Notes: generated by a model from the letters alone, not told the origin. Counted from the first letter of the stretch, positions 29,349-39,881 are shown. The stretch is DNA of 64,000 nt from Candidatus Poribacteria bacterium (GCA_965198235.1 OZ240248.1:2272001-2336000); one strand, 5' to 3'. A program made the numbers and translations.

Positions 29349-29981
29349 ATGGCAGATCAGCGGATGTCTCAGAACGAATTCGCAGTGTACATCGCTCAGA
29401 GAATCAGGACCGGTTATTCGCAATCTGGTGCCCCACAATTGATTGCACTGAGCGGACCTGATTGTGCAGGGAAGTCAACCCTCGCTGTTGATGTGCGAGT
29501 GCAGTTGAATCGTCTTGGTTTGGATATAACTTTGCTCTCAATAGATGCGTTTCTAATTCCGCGCTCTCTAAGGACATCGAATACGTCTGAACCTATTGCG
29601 TACTTTGAGAATGCTTTTGATTACGCTGCGCTTGTACGGACTCTTGAAACCGCCAAGAGCGGGTCATCTTCAGTTTCTTCGACCTCACGGGACATTGTTC
29701 TCATTGAAGGGGTCTTCCTACTACGAAGTGAACTTTGTCATTGGTGGGATCTTACGGTCTGGATAGAGGTAGACACTTCTGTGATTATGGCTCGAGCACT
29801 TAAGCGTGATAAAGAGTACTTTGGTGATGAAGGTACTGTGCGGCATGTTTACCAGAATCGGTGCCTTCCAGCACAGGATTACCATATACGTCGGGATTTA
29901 CCGAAGCAAAACGCTGACATCACTGCCACATTCGAGAAGAAGTTGTGGACTGTACACGCATCATTTGGGAAAGGGAATTGA
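29349..29981 (+). CDS. Uridine kinase-like P-loop kinase
   Basis: GPDCAGKST, SIDAF, LIEGVFLLR motifs. Confidence 0.8.
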   Translation: MADQRMSQNEFAVYIAQRIRTGYSQSGAPQLIALSGPDCAGKSTLAVDVRVQLNRLGLDITLLSIDAFLIPRSLRTSNTSEPIAYFENAFDYAALVRTLETAKSGSSSVSSTSRDIVLIEGVFLLRSELCHWWDLTVWIEVDTSVIMARALKRDKEYFGDEGTVRHVYQNRCLPAQDYHIRRDLPKQNADITATFEKKLWTVHASFGKGN

Positions 29982-29986
29982 GACAA

Positions 29987-31207
29987 TCAGAAATAGACAC
30001 GAAATGAAGAAAAGAAAAGATTGGGATAGCTACCAAGTTCAGATTGCAATTGAGTAGAATCGCCGTTCTTAGGTCGCTTTCCGACGCTGATGAAACCGCC
30101 GACAGAGAGATGGATATCCTCTGCGACGTTATATGCGATCTGTGGAGCGATCCAGGTTGATGGGTCAGATAGGTTGAACAATATTTGACCGCTGAAACTA
30201 ACCAGCGGTGTTAGTTGATGGGTGAATCCGGGCGCGAGATAGTGGACACCCAGCAAGTAAACACCCCCACGGGTGTACGCCGGTTTATCTAAATTGGTAA
30301 GGAAATCTTCAGGTTTTTTCGTACCTGCTCCGTTGAAATGATATTCGATGAATGTGTAAGTCTCTCCACCGAAACTATAGTCGAAACCGACAGAGGTACG
30401 TAGATAGTTATTCAAGGCATCGGAGTCGTCATTGAACGGTTCGGTAAATACATAGGCGGTTTCCAACCAAAATCCCGCACCACCTATACCGCGTGCTATA
30501 TCAAAACCGACAAGCAGATCTCTTTGAAATTCCAATAATAGAATTGAGAAGTCTGTTTCTACGGCATTCAATTGTGTTCGGAGGAAGACAGCGCTTTTAT
30601 GAAAATTAAATTTGTTACCGAAAATGTATCCAGTATCTACTTCTCCCATGACCCCTATTGGAATACGAACCCGAATTGTATCTACACCAACACGGTCTTC
30701 AGTATCAAGTTGGTCGTAGGTGTAAGGAGCGATGATGTCGGTTGGGTTTATGATCCGTGCACTACCCCACGCTATTGCGTCTCGACCGATGGAGAAATCC
30801 GCGAAATCTGTGCTGAACTGAACAGAAGCGCGATCGAGGTTATGATAGATACCGACACTGCCGACTGGCTCATCCTTTCTGGGGTAGATCGGCGAGTCAA
30901 GATCAGCAACTCGGTAACGGGACGAAGTGCTACCAATGGCAATCGGAGACTGGGAAAAGAGTAAAGGGTCTTGAACCCGCGGCGTAAAGTCGTAGGCGAA
31001 GGCAAATGAAAGTGAGTCTACCGGTGCGTAAGAGAGGTTGAGACGCAGTCGGTTGACCACGACCCCCGTCATCGGTGCGTCTGGAAACGGTGAATTGAAA
31101 GTCGTGAAGAAGTTTTTGTAGTAACCACCAGTTTTGAGTTCAGCGTTGACGATTCCTACAAATGATGTTGTCATCAAACAGGTGATGAGTGCCAGAATTT
31201 TTCTCAT
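29987..31207 (-). CDS. Probable outer-membrane protein of the Lol-like ABC locus
   Basis: Signal peptide MRKILAL..., LDRA, IGR..I.WG...NPTD, terminal VYF. Confidence 0.7.
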   Translation of the reverse strand: MRKILALITCLMTTSFVGIVNAELKTGGYYKNFFTTFNSPFPDAPMTGVVVNRLRLNLSYAPVDSLSFAFAYDFTPRVQDPLLFSQSPIAIGSTSSRYRVADLDSPIYPRKDEPVGSVGIYHNLDRASVQFSTDFADFSIGRDAIAWGSARIINPTDIIAPYTYDQLDTEDRVGVDTIRVRIPIGVMGEVDTGYIFGNKFNFHKSAVFLRTQLNAVETDFSILLLEFQRDLLVGFDIARGIGGAGFWLETAYVFTEPFNDDSDALNNYLRTSVGFDYSFGGETYTFIEYHFNGAGTKKPEDFLTNLDKPAYTRGGVYLLGVHYLAPGFTHQLTPLVSFSGQILFNLSDPSTWIAPQIAYNVAEDIHLSVGGFISVGKRPKNGDSTQLQSELGSYPNLFFSSFRVYF

Positions 31208-31300
31208 TTGAATAGTATCAGTCAGCAGAGGAGGAGTCATCAGTTATCAGCTAAAGAGGTGTCTGGTTTATCGAAACCTCTTGTGCCTGACGACTGACAA

Positions 31301-32002
31301 CTATTTTATCTCATCACTGTCTATTTGCCCATCGCGAAGCGTAATCAGACGCTGCGCACTCTCCATCACCATCGGATCGTGGGTTGAGAAGATGAACGTC
31401 ATACCGGTTTCGGCGTTAAGGCGACGCATCATCTCAAGCAGATCCGCACCCGTTTTCGAGTCGAGGTTTGCGGTCGGTTCGTCAGCGAGGATGATCGTAG
31501 GTTCGGAGACCATAGCACGCGCGATAGCAACGCGCTGCTGCTGCCCACCTGAAAGCTGCGTTGGTGTCCGGTCGGCAACCCCTTCTAACCCGACGGCTTC
31601 GAGCATTGTTATAACCCGCTCGTGCCGCTCTGATTTCGGTACGCCCGCCAAGAGCATGATGTACTCAACATTTTCTTCGACCGACAGCACAGGAATCAAG
31701 TTGTAAGCCTGAAAAACGAACCCGATGTTATCCCGTCGAAAGTCAGAGAGTTCATTACCGCTCATCTCTGATAGCACTTTGCCAGCAAGCCACACTTTTC
31801 CTTCTGTAGGATTATCCAACCCAGAGATGATGTTGAGAAAGGTTGTTTTGCCCGAACCAGAGGGACCCACCAGTGCCGTGAATTCTCCCGATTGGATGGT
31901 TAAATCGATCCCGTTAAGAGCGTTGACGGGAATTCCATCTGCTGCATAAACTTTTGTCACACCTTCTGTGACGATAACATCTGTTTTTTGTGTCTGTTCC
32001 AT
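31301..32002 (-). CDS. ABC transporter ATP-binding protein (LolD/MacB-like)
   Basis: GPSGSGKT, LSGGQQQRVAIARA, ADEPTANLD, STHD. Confidence 0.95.
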   Translation of the reverse strand: MEQTQKTDVIVTEGVTKVYAADGIPVNALNGIDLTIQSGEFTALVGPSGSGKTTFLNIISGLDNPTEGKVWLAGKVLSEMSGNELSDFRRDNIGFVFQAYNLIPVLSVEENVEYIMLLAGVPKSERHERVITMLEAVGLEGVADRTPTQLSGGQQQRVAIARAMVSEPTIILADEPTANLDSKTGADLLEMMRRLNAETGMTFIFSTHDPMVMESAQRLITLRDGQIDSDEIK

Positions 32003-32194
32003 TTTTTTAATGATTGAATCTGAGCTGCCCTTCCGTTTTGATCATCAACTCGTGCCTTAACATTTATAACGGAGGCGAGTTGATGGTCAAAGGGCAGATT
32101 TCCAGTCGTTAACAAACCTCTTATAACCTAAAGTGGGTTTTTTAACAATTTTAGATCGGGGTTGACAATGGAAACCTCGACCAGACATAATCGT

Positions 32195-33424
32195 TTAAAA
32201 GCTCCGTCGCATTGCATCTACGGGAGCCATTTTCGCCACGTGCCGAGCAGGATATAACCCAGCAATGATAGTAAAAATAAAAACCGATATAGGATAAATG
32301 ATGAACTGTTGAACCTCCAGGACCGGGTAGATGAACTCCTGTATTGTCACACCCACCATTTCAATGCCGGTATAGTCAATACCGACATGCGCGAATACTG
32401 CCGTCAAGGCGAAGCCAAGTATCGCACCCAGCCCGATACTCACGATTGCCAAGGCACCTGCCTCAAATAAAATGACACGCGCCATCCCGAACGGACGGGT
32501 TCCAACGGCACGTAACACGCCAAACTCAAACATTCGCTCATACAACGACATAAAAAGAGTGTTGATAATACCAAAGACCACCACCCCAAATAAGATGACT
32601 GCCATGATGTATTTGCTATACTTTGTCATTTCCAATATTGCTGTCAATTGCGACATAAGTTCTGTCCAGCTTAAGGCTTCATTACCATGTCGGGAATACG
32701 CCTCCCAAAACGGTAGCACCGGGTCCTGAGCATAGGCGACGGAAGTAAATTTAATCGCTATTTCATGGACCCCGTTCCCGATAGCAAGCATCTCTTGCGC
32801 TTTTTCGATTTGAACGAACGCCATTCCGCTGTTCATCTCTTCACCGACAAAGCGATAAATACCGGAAACTCGGAACATCTCTTGCGAGAGATCACCACTT
32901 TCTGCTTGTGCTACTGTCACGACTACTCGGTCCCCAAGCCCAATTTCTAAGGTTTCAGCGAGTTTCGCACCGACGACGATATCGCGGCTATTTTCTCCTT
33001 CAAAATAGGCACCTTCCGTTATCGCATCATCAATTAGGGACAAGAATTTCTCTGTCGGCGGATGAACCCCGATGAGGTTGATCGCACTGACATTTGCGGG
33101 AGACGTAATCATTCCGAAAGCGAGTACTCTTTGTGTTGAATGTTGGACGGTGGTTTCCTCAGCAAGATTCGCTGTTACCTCGTCGAGTGCTTGGATCGTC
33201 AATGAGACCTCTTGTTCGTCTCGAAAACCTTGCCGATGAATCTGGGCATCGCCGAGAAAAGAAGCGGTAGCTGTCCGAATCATGTTCTCACTCATCCCGA
33301 TCATAAAGGCATCAACAAAAATCAAGGCAGCCAGACCGATACCGATCGCTACTGAGGCGATAAAGGTACGCCGTTTATTCCGAAAGATATTTCTCCATGC
33401 AAGCTTTACTAAAATCAACCACAT
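32195..33424 (-). CDS. ABC transporter permease (LolE/MacB-FtsX family)
   Basis: LAWRNIFRNKRRT, ER..EFGVL.AVG, YPA..A.K..PV.A. Confidence 0.9.
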   Translation of the reverse strand: MWLILVKLAWRNIFRNKRRTFIASVAIGIGLAALIFVDAFMIGMSENMIRTATASFLGDAQIHRQGFRDEQEVSLTIQALDEVTANLAEETTVQHSTQRVLAFGMITSPANVSAINLIGVHPPTEKFLSLIDDAITEGAYFEGENSRDIVVGAKLAETLEIGLGDRVVVTVAQAESGDLSQEMFRVSGIYRFVGEEMNSGMAFVQIEKAQEMLAIGNGVHEIAIKFTSVAYAQDPVLPFWEAYSRHGNEALSWTELMSQLTAILEMTKYSKYIMAVILFGVVVFGIINTLFMSLYERMFEFGVLRAVGTRPFGMARVILFEAGALAIVSIGLGAILGFALTAVFAHVGIDYTGIEMVGVTIQEFIYPVLEVQQFIIYPISVFIFTIIAGLYPARHVAKMAPVDAMRRSF

Positions 33425-33577
33425 TTTTCTAATTTTCCTTGCGGTTCGGTTAGGTAGGTTGAAGGTTGAGAGTGCTTTCCCGTAGATCCGCTTTCCACTT
33501 CGTTCCAAGCTGCGCGCTCTTTTAAAAAAAGGATTGTGATATACCTAATGCTTCTTTGCTGATTGCTGAAAGCCATA

Positions 33578-34792
33578 CTAATGTGTCCGCATCGCATTCG
33601 CGGGCATGATTCGGGCGGCTTTTATCGCAGGAAACAGACTGACGATCGTCGCTGACAGCAGAACAGTGATAGCCGGAATAATCAGACATCGGGCGTTAAC
33701 TTCAGCGTACAACGTCTTGAATTTCATACCGCCGTAGGTAATTGCCTCGGGATACGTGATGCCGTATATGGATAGCAGATAATTGGCTAAAACCCCAAGG
33801 AGCGCGCCAACCGCGATGCTGCCAATAGCGATGATAGTCACTTCATAGATGACCAGCCAGAAAATTTGCGTCGGCTTCGTCCCGACTGCCTTCAGCATGC
33901 CGTATTCACGCGTCCGTTCCAGAACCGACATCAGCACCGTATTAAGCACACCGATAGCCACAATAAGCATAATCACCCAGCGACTAATGGCATCTCCTTG
34001 TTGATCGGTTTTCATGGCGCGGTAGAAGGATTTGGCAACCACTTGCCACGGTGCGACCTCCAGCGTGGAATTATTCAAGCGCGCTTCGATTGCGTCTGTA
34101 ATTTTACCTACTTCATTGATGTGTGAAACAATCACAACAATTTCGTGGATACGTCCCTCAAGCGCAAACAATTCCTGAGCGTCTTCGATGTGTAGATAAC
34201 ACGCCACTCGGTCTGTCACGTCGTCCCCACTCTCTGCGATTCCAACGATCTTATATACGTCATTTGCGATTGAACCGTCGGCACCCTGCGAAAAAATCAC
34301 AATTTCACTATCAATCCTCGCAGAAAGAATCTTCGCCAAACCTTTTCCAATGACTGCTTCATGCGAAGCGGTTTCCGCTAATACATTGCCTTCAATCACT
34401 TTGTTATCAAATCGAGTCGCTTGGATTTCTCGTGCCACATCGACACCAATGATTTGGACAGCCGTACTCTTTTCACCAACCGAACCGAGTCCGGCTGCGT
34501 ACATTCGCGGTGTCCACGCTTCAACGCCTGTGGTGCTCTGGATTGTCTCACCGAGGGGTGTATATTCGTTAATCGTATTGTAAAGTGATGGCTTGTCGAG
34601 GTATCCGTCGCGATGCACCTGAATGTGCCCGATGCGGTTTCGCGTGAACATCGAGATAATGCCCCCATACGCCCCATCGGACAAGCCGATGGTTAGCGAT
34701 AAGAGCGTGAAACCGACAATCATTGCGAGAGCGGTGAGGATTGTCCGCCGCTTTTGGCGGAAGGTGTTACGAAACGCGATTTTGAGTATCAT
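33578..34792 (-). CDS. ABC transporter permease (LolE/MacB-FtsX family)
   Basis: IAFRN.FRQKRRT, SVLERTREYGMLKAVG. Confidence 0.9.
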   Translation of the reverse strand: MILKIAFRNTFRQKRRTILTALAMIVGFTLLSLTIGLSDGAYGGIISMFTRNRIGHIQVHRDGYLDKPSLYNTINEYTPLGETIQSTTGVEAWTPRMYAAGLGSVGEKSTAVQIIGVDVAREIQATRFDNKVIEGNVLAETASHEAVIGKGLAKILSARIDSEIVIFSQGADGSIANDVYKIVGIAESGDDVTDRVACYLHIEDAQELFALEGRIHEIVVIVSHINEVGKITDAIEARLNNSTLEVAPWQVVAKSFYRAMKTDQQGDAISRWVIMLIVAIGVLNTVLMSVLERTREYGMLKAVGTKPTQIFWLVIYEVTIIAIGSIAVGALLGVLANYLLSIYGITYPEAITYGGMKFKTLYAEVNARCLIIPAITVLLSATIVSLFPAIKAARIMPANAMRTH

Positions 34793-34837
34793 AGAGTAGT
34801 AGGCACACTCCGTGTGCCGTAACCCGCATGCCGTCAC

Positions 34838-35677
34838 CTATCTCCTTTTCTGAAGGTTTCGGCGCGTGAAAATTTTATCGTCGATGTCTGCGTCGAATGT
34901 GGCATTTAACCATCGGACAACTGTTTTGTGTCCTTCCTTGTTTTGTGGAATCATTTCCATCACAGAAGGTGCGATTTTGTCGCCAAAGGTTTTGATCTCT
35001 TTGAAATTCATAACCCGCATCAGATTCCCTTTTTCGTCATAGAAGTGCTGCCATACTGGTAGATAATCGCTAGATTGCACGGCTGCAACAATCTTTCCCC
35101 AAACGATCGGGGAATCTTCTTTCGGCGTAAGTTGGACGTAGAGATGGTCGGGAGATGCGTCTTCAGGTGTAACGAACTGGTAGGTATAATCGTCGAGCAT
35201 TGACGACTCCTTGACTAAGTCGTCATTCGTGAAGTCGGAACCCATCCATGATCCCATCATCATTGATGGCGGAATCTTCATAACCTTGTTGGTTTTTGGC
35301 AGATAGTTCCACATCTCATTTCCGATGCGCAGCGTCGCGACACCTTGTTCCTTCTTCGGTGCCGTAATCCGTATAAAAGTTTTCTTCATCCCTTGTGTCC
35401 AAACGTTCATCGCCAAGGTTCGTTCCCAATGTGGGGTGAGGATGTGCATTTCCATTTCGGCATGACTGGTTTCGCTACGATAGAGTTGGTCTATCTTTTT
35501 GACGATGGTTTCGACATCTGGAGTGGGTTCTTGGGCTGGTGCGAGCACACAAAAGAGAAGCGTTGAGAGAAGAAAGGAGTGTATCATCAAGCTTCGTGCT
35601 GCTACCTGTATCCTATTTTTAGATTTTGCCATTTTCTTGGTTATCCTTTCCACTTTTGGGGAATCTGTAGGTTTCAT
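34838..35677 (-). CDS. Outer-membrane lipoprotein-sorting (LolA-like) protein
   Basis: P..E.G.A.L....MWNYLP and SWMGSDFT.DD motifs. Confidence 0.85.
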   Translation of the reverse strand: MKPTDSPKVERITKKMAKSKNRIQVAARSLMIHSFLLSTLLFCVLAPAQEPTPDVETIVKKIDQLYRSETSHAEMEMHILTPHWERTLAMNVWTQGMKKTFIRITAPKKEQGVATLRIGNEMWNYLPKTNKVMKIPPSMMMGSWMGSDFTNDDLVKESSMLDDYTYQFVTPEDASPDHLYVQLTPKEDSPIVWGKIVAAVQSSDYLPVWQHFYDEKGNLMRVMNFKEIKTFGDKIAPSVMEMIPQNKEGHKTVVRWLNATFDADIDDKIFTRRNLQKRR

Positions 35678-35935
35678 CTCATGTTTCTATTATAAAACAA
35701 ATTGTCCTTAAAGCGCAACTCTTTTCAGATTTGCCGTAGGAGGGATCTCCGAATCTTGGGGAAACCCCCAAGCAAAAACACCCCTCTTCTGTAGGATTCT
35801 CACTGCGAAGCACTCCCGGTCGCGATTTTCCTTCAAAACCAACAGAAACCTAAAACTGAATGACCTTGGAGATTTCTAATATTCGGTTGGCATTTTTTCA
35901 CTTTGCATGTTATCATTACCCTCAAGTAAATCGCA

Positions 35936-38401
35936 TTGTGGAGGAAAAAAGTAATGCTAAGACTGAACCAAATGCTTGGTAATCCCTCTTACAACCACAG
36001 TTTTGCTTATGGAAACAAGGATGATGAGGCCGAGGTATATAATAACCACGGCATTGCTTACATTAAAAAAGATAAACTTGAACAGGCAATCGTATCCTTT
36101 AGCAAGGCAATAGAATTGGACCCTAATTACGCTAACGCCTATTGTAATCGTGGTGCTGTTTACTACTACAAAGGCGAGTATGAAAAAGCGATTATAGACT
36201 ATAACGAGGCGATCGAATTGAATCCACGTCATGTTATTACCTACAACAATCGAGGAGTCGCTTACGACAATAAGGGTGAGCAGGAAAAAGCTATTGGAGA
36301 TTTTACAAGAGCAATAGAACTCAAATCTGATTATGCTGATGCCTACAACAACCGCGGTAACGCCTATGGTAGTAAGGGTGAATATGACAGAGCAATTATA
36401 GACTATACGGACGCAATAGAACTCAAAGTTAACTATACTGAAGCTTATAACAACCGCGGTAACGCCTATGGTAATAAGGGTGAATATGACAGAGCAATTA
36501 TAGACTATACGGACGCAATAGAACTCAATACCAAATTTGTCGATGCCTATCACAATCGCGGGACAGCTTACTACAATAAAAACGATTTTGACCGCGCTAT
36601 CAAAGACTATAGCATGGCGATAAATCTCGAACCTAATTTCGCCGATGCCTATTACAATCGTGGGACGGCTTACGAGAGAAAAGGCAACTGTGATCTCGCC
36701 ATAGAAGACTCTACTAAAGCAATAAAACTGAAGCCAGATTTCGCCAATGCCTATCACAATCGCGGGATAGCTTACGGTAAAAAAGGTAATTATAACCTTG
36801 CTATCAAAGACTATACCAAAGCAATAGAACTAAATCCAAATCGTGATATAACCTATTACAATCGCGGCAATGCTTATGGCGATATTGGCGATTATGACTG
36901 TGCCATTGAAGACTATACCAAAGCAATAGAACTAAATTCAGATTTCGCCAACGCCTATATCAATCGCGGCAATGCTTATAGTAATATTGGCGATTATGAC
37001 TGTGCCATTGAAGATCATACCACAGCAATAGAATTAGATCATAATCCTGCAGATGCTTACAACAACCGCGGAGTAGTTTACGGCAAAAAAGATGATGCCA
37101 ACCATGCCATTGAAGACTATACTAAAGCAATAGAACTAAATCCAAATCGTGATATAACCTATTACAATCGCGGGGTAGTATGGCTACACTTGCAAGATTG
37201 GGAAAAAGCCAGAGCAGACCTGACCGCTGCTAAGAAAAAGGGCATGGATATCATTGCAGCATTCCGTGACGGTTACAAAAATGTTGAGGTTTATGAGAAG
37301 CGATACCGTGTTAAGTTGCCGGAAGACATTGCACTCCTGCTGACACAGCGTCGGCGGACCCGTTACCCGAAGACGCAAAAAGTATTGGATGCCGATGGAA
37401 ATCCGCTTGAATCACCGAATGTGGTGAATTTACGCTCGCAACTTCGCAATGCTGGTACACCGTTAGGCAAGTACGTCAAAACAAAACCCGCTTTCGGTAT
37501 CAACACAACACCGACTGAAGTGTTTGTCGTAGATAAAACGACGCGGGATAAACTCATTGCAGCGCACCTTTCATCTGCTGATATTTTAAAGCCGTTTTTG
37601 CACGGACAGGATATAAGACGTTGGCATGTTGACACACCACATCAATGGTTAGTTTTTACTTACCGCGGTATAGCGATAAACGATTATCCAGCAATCCTGA
37701 AGCACTTGGAAAAATATCGAGAATCCCTGAGCAAAAAAAAAGGCAAACAGAAATGGTATGAGCTGCCAGCATCTATCAACAACGTAGAGCGTTTTGCGCG
37801 ACCGAAACTCGTCTGTCCAGACACCTATAACTATCAGACTTTTGCAGTTGATACTGCCGGTTATTATTACGGAAATACGTCCTATCTTATCCCAACCGAG
37901 GAAACGTGGCTCTGCGGTCTCCTCAATTCTCGCACTGTGGAGTGGTTTTATTCGCAGGTGTCGAACCAATTGACGATTGATTATCTTCGGGCGCGTAGTG
38001 GGTATATCCAACAGATTCCGATTCCGGACCTCACGTCGACGCAGAAGGCACTCATCGCCAAACTCGTTGATTACCTAATCTATCTTCAGCAGCAGCCAAC
38101 GATAAATAGCAGGGATTTGGCGCACGCCCGCGATCGTGTAATGCTCGGATATTTTGAACGAATTATTGATGGCTTAGTTTATGAGGCTTACCTGCCCGAA
38201 GATCTGCATAAAGGGGACAAACACTTCTTCCAACCGTTGTTGGAGGAACAATTGCCTTCGTGCGAGGAAATTCAGGGTGATAAAATGACCGCATTACGAG
38301 ACATCTTTGAGTTGCTATATGAAAGAACGCATCTCGTCCGGCGAAACCTTTATTATCTGGATAGTGTAAAAGTAGTTCGTATCATTGAGGGTAAAATTTG
38401 A
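35936..38401 (+). CDS. TPR-array protein (12 repeats) fused to a TaqI/Eco57I-like target-recognition domain
   Basis: 34-aa repeats AY.NRG.AY...G.Y..AI.DYT.AIEL; C-terminal KPFL.G.DI.RW, YPAI..HL, KWYEL, L.GLLNS, I.QIPIP, IDGLVYE.Y; no FxGxG or NPPY motif. Confidence 0.85.
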   Translation: MWRKKVMLRLNQMLGNPSYNHSFAYGNKDDEAEVYNNHGIAYIKKDKLEQAIVSFSKAIELDPNYANAYCNRGAVYYYKGEYEKAIIDYNEAIELNPRHVITYNNRGVAYDNKGEQEKAIGDFTRAIELKSDYADAYNNRGNAYGSKGEYDRAIIDYTDAIELKVNYTEAYNNRGNAYGNKGEYDRAIIDYTDAIELNTKFVDAYHNRGTAYYNKNDFDRAIKDYSMAINLEPNFADAYYNRGTAYERKGNCDLAIEDSTKAIKLKPDFANAYHNRGIAYGKKGNYNLAIKDYTKAIELNPNRDITYYNRGNAYGDIGDYDCAIEDYTKAIELNSDFANAYINRGNAYSNIGDYDCAIEDHTTAIELDHNPADAYNNRGVVYGKKDDANHAIEDYTKAIELNPNRDITYYNRGVVWLHLQDWEKARADLTAAKKKGMDIIAAFRDGYKNVEVYEKRYRVKLPEDIALLLTQRRRTRYPKTQKVLDADGNPLESPNVVNLRSQLRNAGTPLGKYVKTKPAFGINTTPTEVFVVDKTTRDKLIAAHLSSADILKPFLHGQDIRRWHVDTPHQWLVFTYRGIAINDYPAILKHLEKYRESLSKKKGKQKWYELPASINNVERFARPKLVCPDTYNYQTFAVDTAGYYYGNTSYLIPTEETWLCGLLNSRTVEWFYSQVSNQLTIDYLRARSGYIQQIPIPDLTSTQKALIAKLVDYLIYLQQQPTINSRDLAHARDRVMLGYFERIIDGLVYEAYLPEDLHKGDKHFFQPLLEEQLPSCEEIQGDKMTALRDIFELLYERTHLVRRNLYYLDSVKVVRIIEGKI
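36033..37230 (+). repeat. 102-bp-period coding tandem repeat (TPR array)
   Basis: Units 4 and 5 nearly identical at DNA level; the 8/9 and 11/12 junctions share an identical stretch; boundaries approximate. Confidence 0.85.
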
Positions 38402-39849
38402 AAATAACTAACATTGAAATCAAAAACTTCAGAGCCTTTCCGAAAACCTACCAAATCAAGTTGCATAATGCGGGAAAAAATTTACTGGTTTACGGTGAAA
38501 ACGGGAGCGGGAAATCGTCGTTGTATCTTGCACTAAAGTATTTCTTTGAATCTGGTGTAAACGAAGATAAAGAGGAAGGTAAAAATACTGAGTTTGAAAA
38601 CCATCAGAATATCTTTACCGAGGATCCTGGACATATCAAACTTCGTTTCCGTTCAGATCAACCCCAAAAGCAAGAAATCTACAAGTGGTCAAAGGACGTT
38701 AAAGAAACGAATAACAATCTGATTATTGAAATATCAAAGGCAAGTGGATTTCTTGACTATAAAGACCTTCTGGGGGTGCACTATCTCCAACCCGAAGGCG
38801 AATCCGTGAATGTGTTCGATTTGTTGGTTGAAACCCTTTTAGCAAATACGGTTAACCCGGTGACAGATCGGACCCTTGCTGAGGCGTGGGATGACATTCA
38901 AGAACCCTATCCGCGCAGGAGTGCGAAACACCAAATTGCCTCCCTTGAACAACGGGTAGAAGTTTTTAACGATGAGTTAGTAAATAGATTAGCGGATCTG
39001 CGTCCGAAAGTACGCGAGATTCTTCGCAGATTTGGATACAAAGTTGACCTTAACCTTAACTTAGACCCTAAAGGGGTTAGATACAATCGAGAGAACAAAT
39101 CTCTTGAGAACCAGCAGATTTTATTAAACGTCAAATTCTTTGACAAAGATATATCTGAACGTTACCTTTTATTGAATGAAGCAAAGTTGTCAGCAATTGC
39201 GATTGCTATCTATTTTTCATCAATCCTGTGCTTGCCAGAACCAAAAGGAGGTATGAAGATTCTCGCGTTGGATGACGTGTTAATCGGCTTGGACATGCCA
39301 AACCGCTTGCCAGTACTCGATATTCTAAACGACTACTTCGCAGACTATCAGATCTTTTTGACGACTTACGATAAGGCGTGGTATGAGATCGTCAAACAGC
39401 GAACAGATCAAAAGGATTGGAAATACACTGAATTTTATTCCAAGGCAACCGATGAACACGAAATCCCAGTTTATGTGGAAGATAAAGCATACCTTGACAA
39501 GGCGAAAGAATATTTTGATGTCAATGACTACAAAGCCTGTGCAATTTATGTTCGCACCGCTTTTGAAGCGACAATCAAGCAATATTGTGAGAAAAAAGAT
39601 CTCTGTATTAAGTACCGCGAAAATCCAAAAGAATTGAGAAGTGAAGACTTCTGGGTGCCCATAAAAATGGAAAGAGACGAAGCGGGTCTTCTGCTTTTGG
39701 ATCTAAGGGTTGTCGACGAAATTGAACTGTATCGAAGCATCATCCTAAATCCGCTCAGTCACGCTGCAATTGCGAACATCTATAGAAAAGAACTGGAGGA
39801 TGTTATTAACGCGGTGGAGGAACTCGAAACTGCGTTGGCAAATGTTTAA
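38398..39849 (+). CDS. ABC-type ATPase (PrrC/RloC/AAA_13-like) with a HEPN-like C-terminal domain
   Basis: I.NFRAF, GENGSGKSS, LNEAK (degenerate signature), LALDD..IGLD, TTYD; C-terminal A..VR..FE and RSIILNPLSH; TTGA overlap with the upstream stop. Confidence 0.78.
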   Translation: MKITNIEIKNFRAFPKTYQIKLHNAGKNLLVYGENGSGKSSLYLALKYFFESGVNEDKEEGKNTEFENHQNIFTEDPGHIKLRFRSDQPQKQEIYKWSKDVKETNNNLIIEISKASGFLDYKDLLGVHYLQPEGESVNVFDLLVETLLANTVNPVTDRTLAEAWDDIQEPYPRRSAKHQIASLEQRVEVFNDELVNRLADLRPKVREILRRFGYKVDLNLNLDPKGVRYNRENKSLENQQILLNVKFFDKDISERYLLLNEAKLSAIAIAIYFSSILCLPEPKGGMKILALDDVLIGLDMPNRLPVLDILNDYFADYQIFLTTYDKAWYEIVKQRTDQKDWKYTEFYSKATDEHEIPVYVEDKAYLDKAKEYFDVNDYKACAIYVRTAFEATIKQYCEKKDLCIKYRENPKELRSEDFWVPIKMERDEAGLLLLDLRVVDEIELYRSIILNPLSHAAIANIYRKELEDVINAVEELETALANV

Positions 39850-39881
39850 GCTATTGAGAAGATTCGGATTATGGAGAAAAA

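Noticed and set aside
35957-36757. 266-aa minus-strand ORF with internal repeats
   Set aside because: Antisense shadow of the TPR array
36033-37230. Diversity-generating retroelement template/variable repeats
   Set aside because: No reverse transcriptase nearby; repeats are in-frame 102-bp TPR units with no clear adenine-specific pattern
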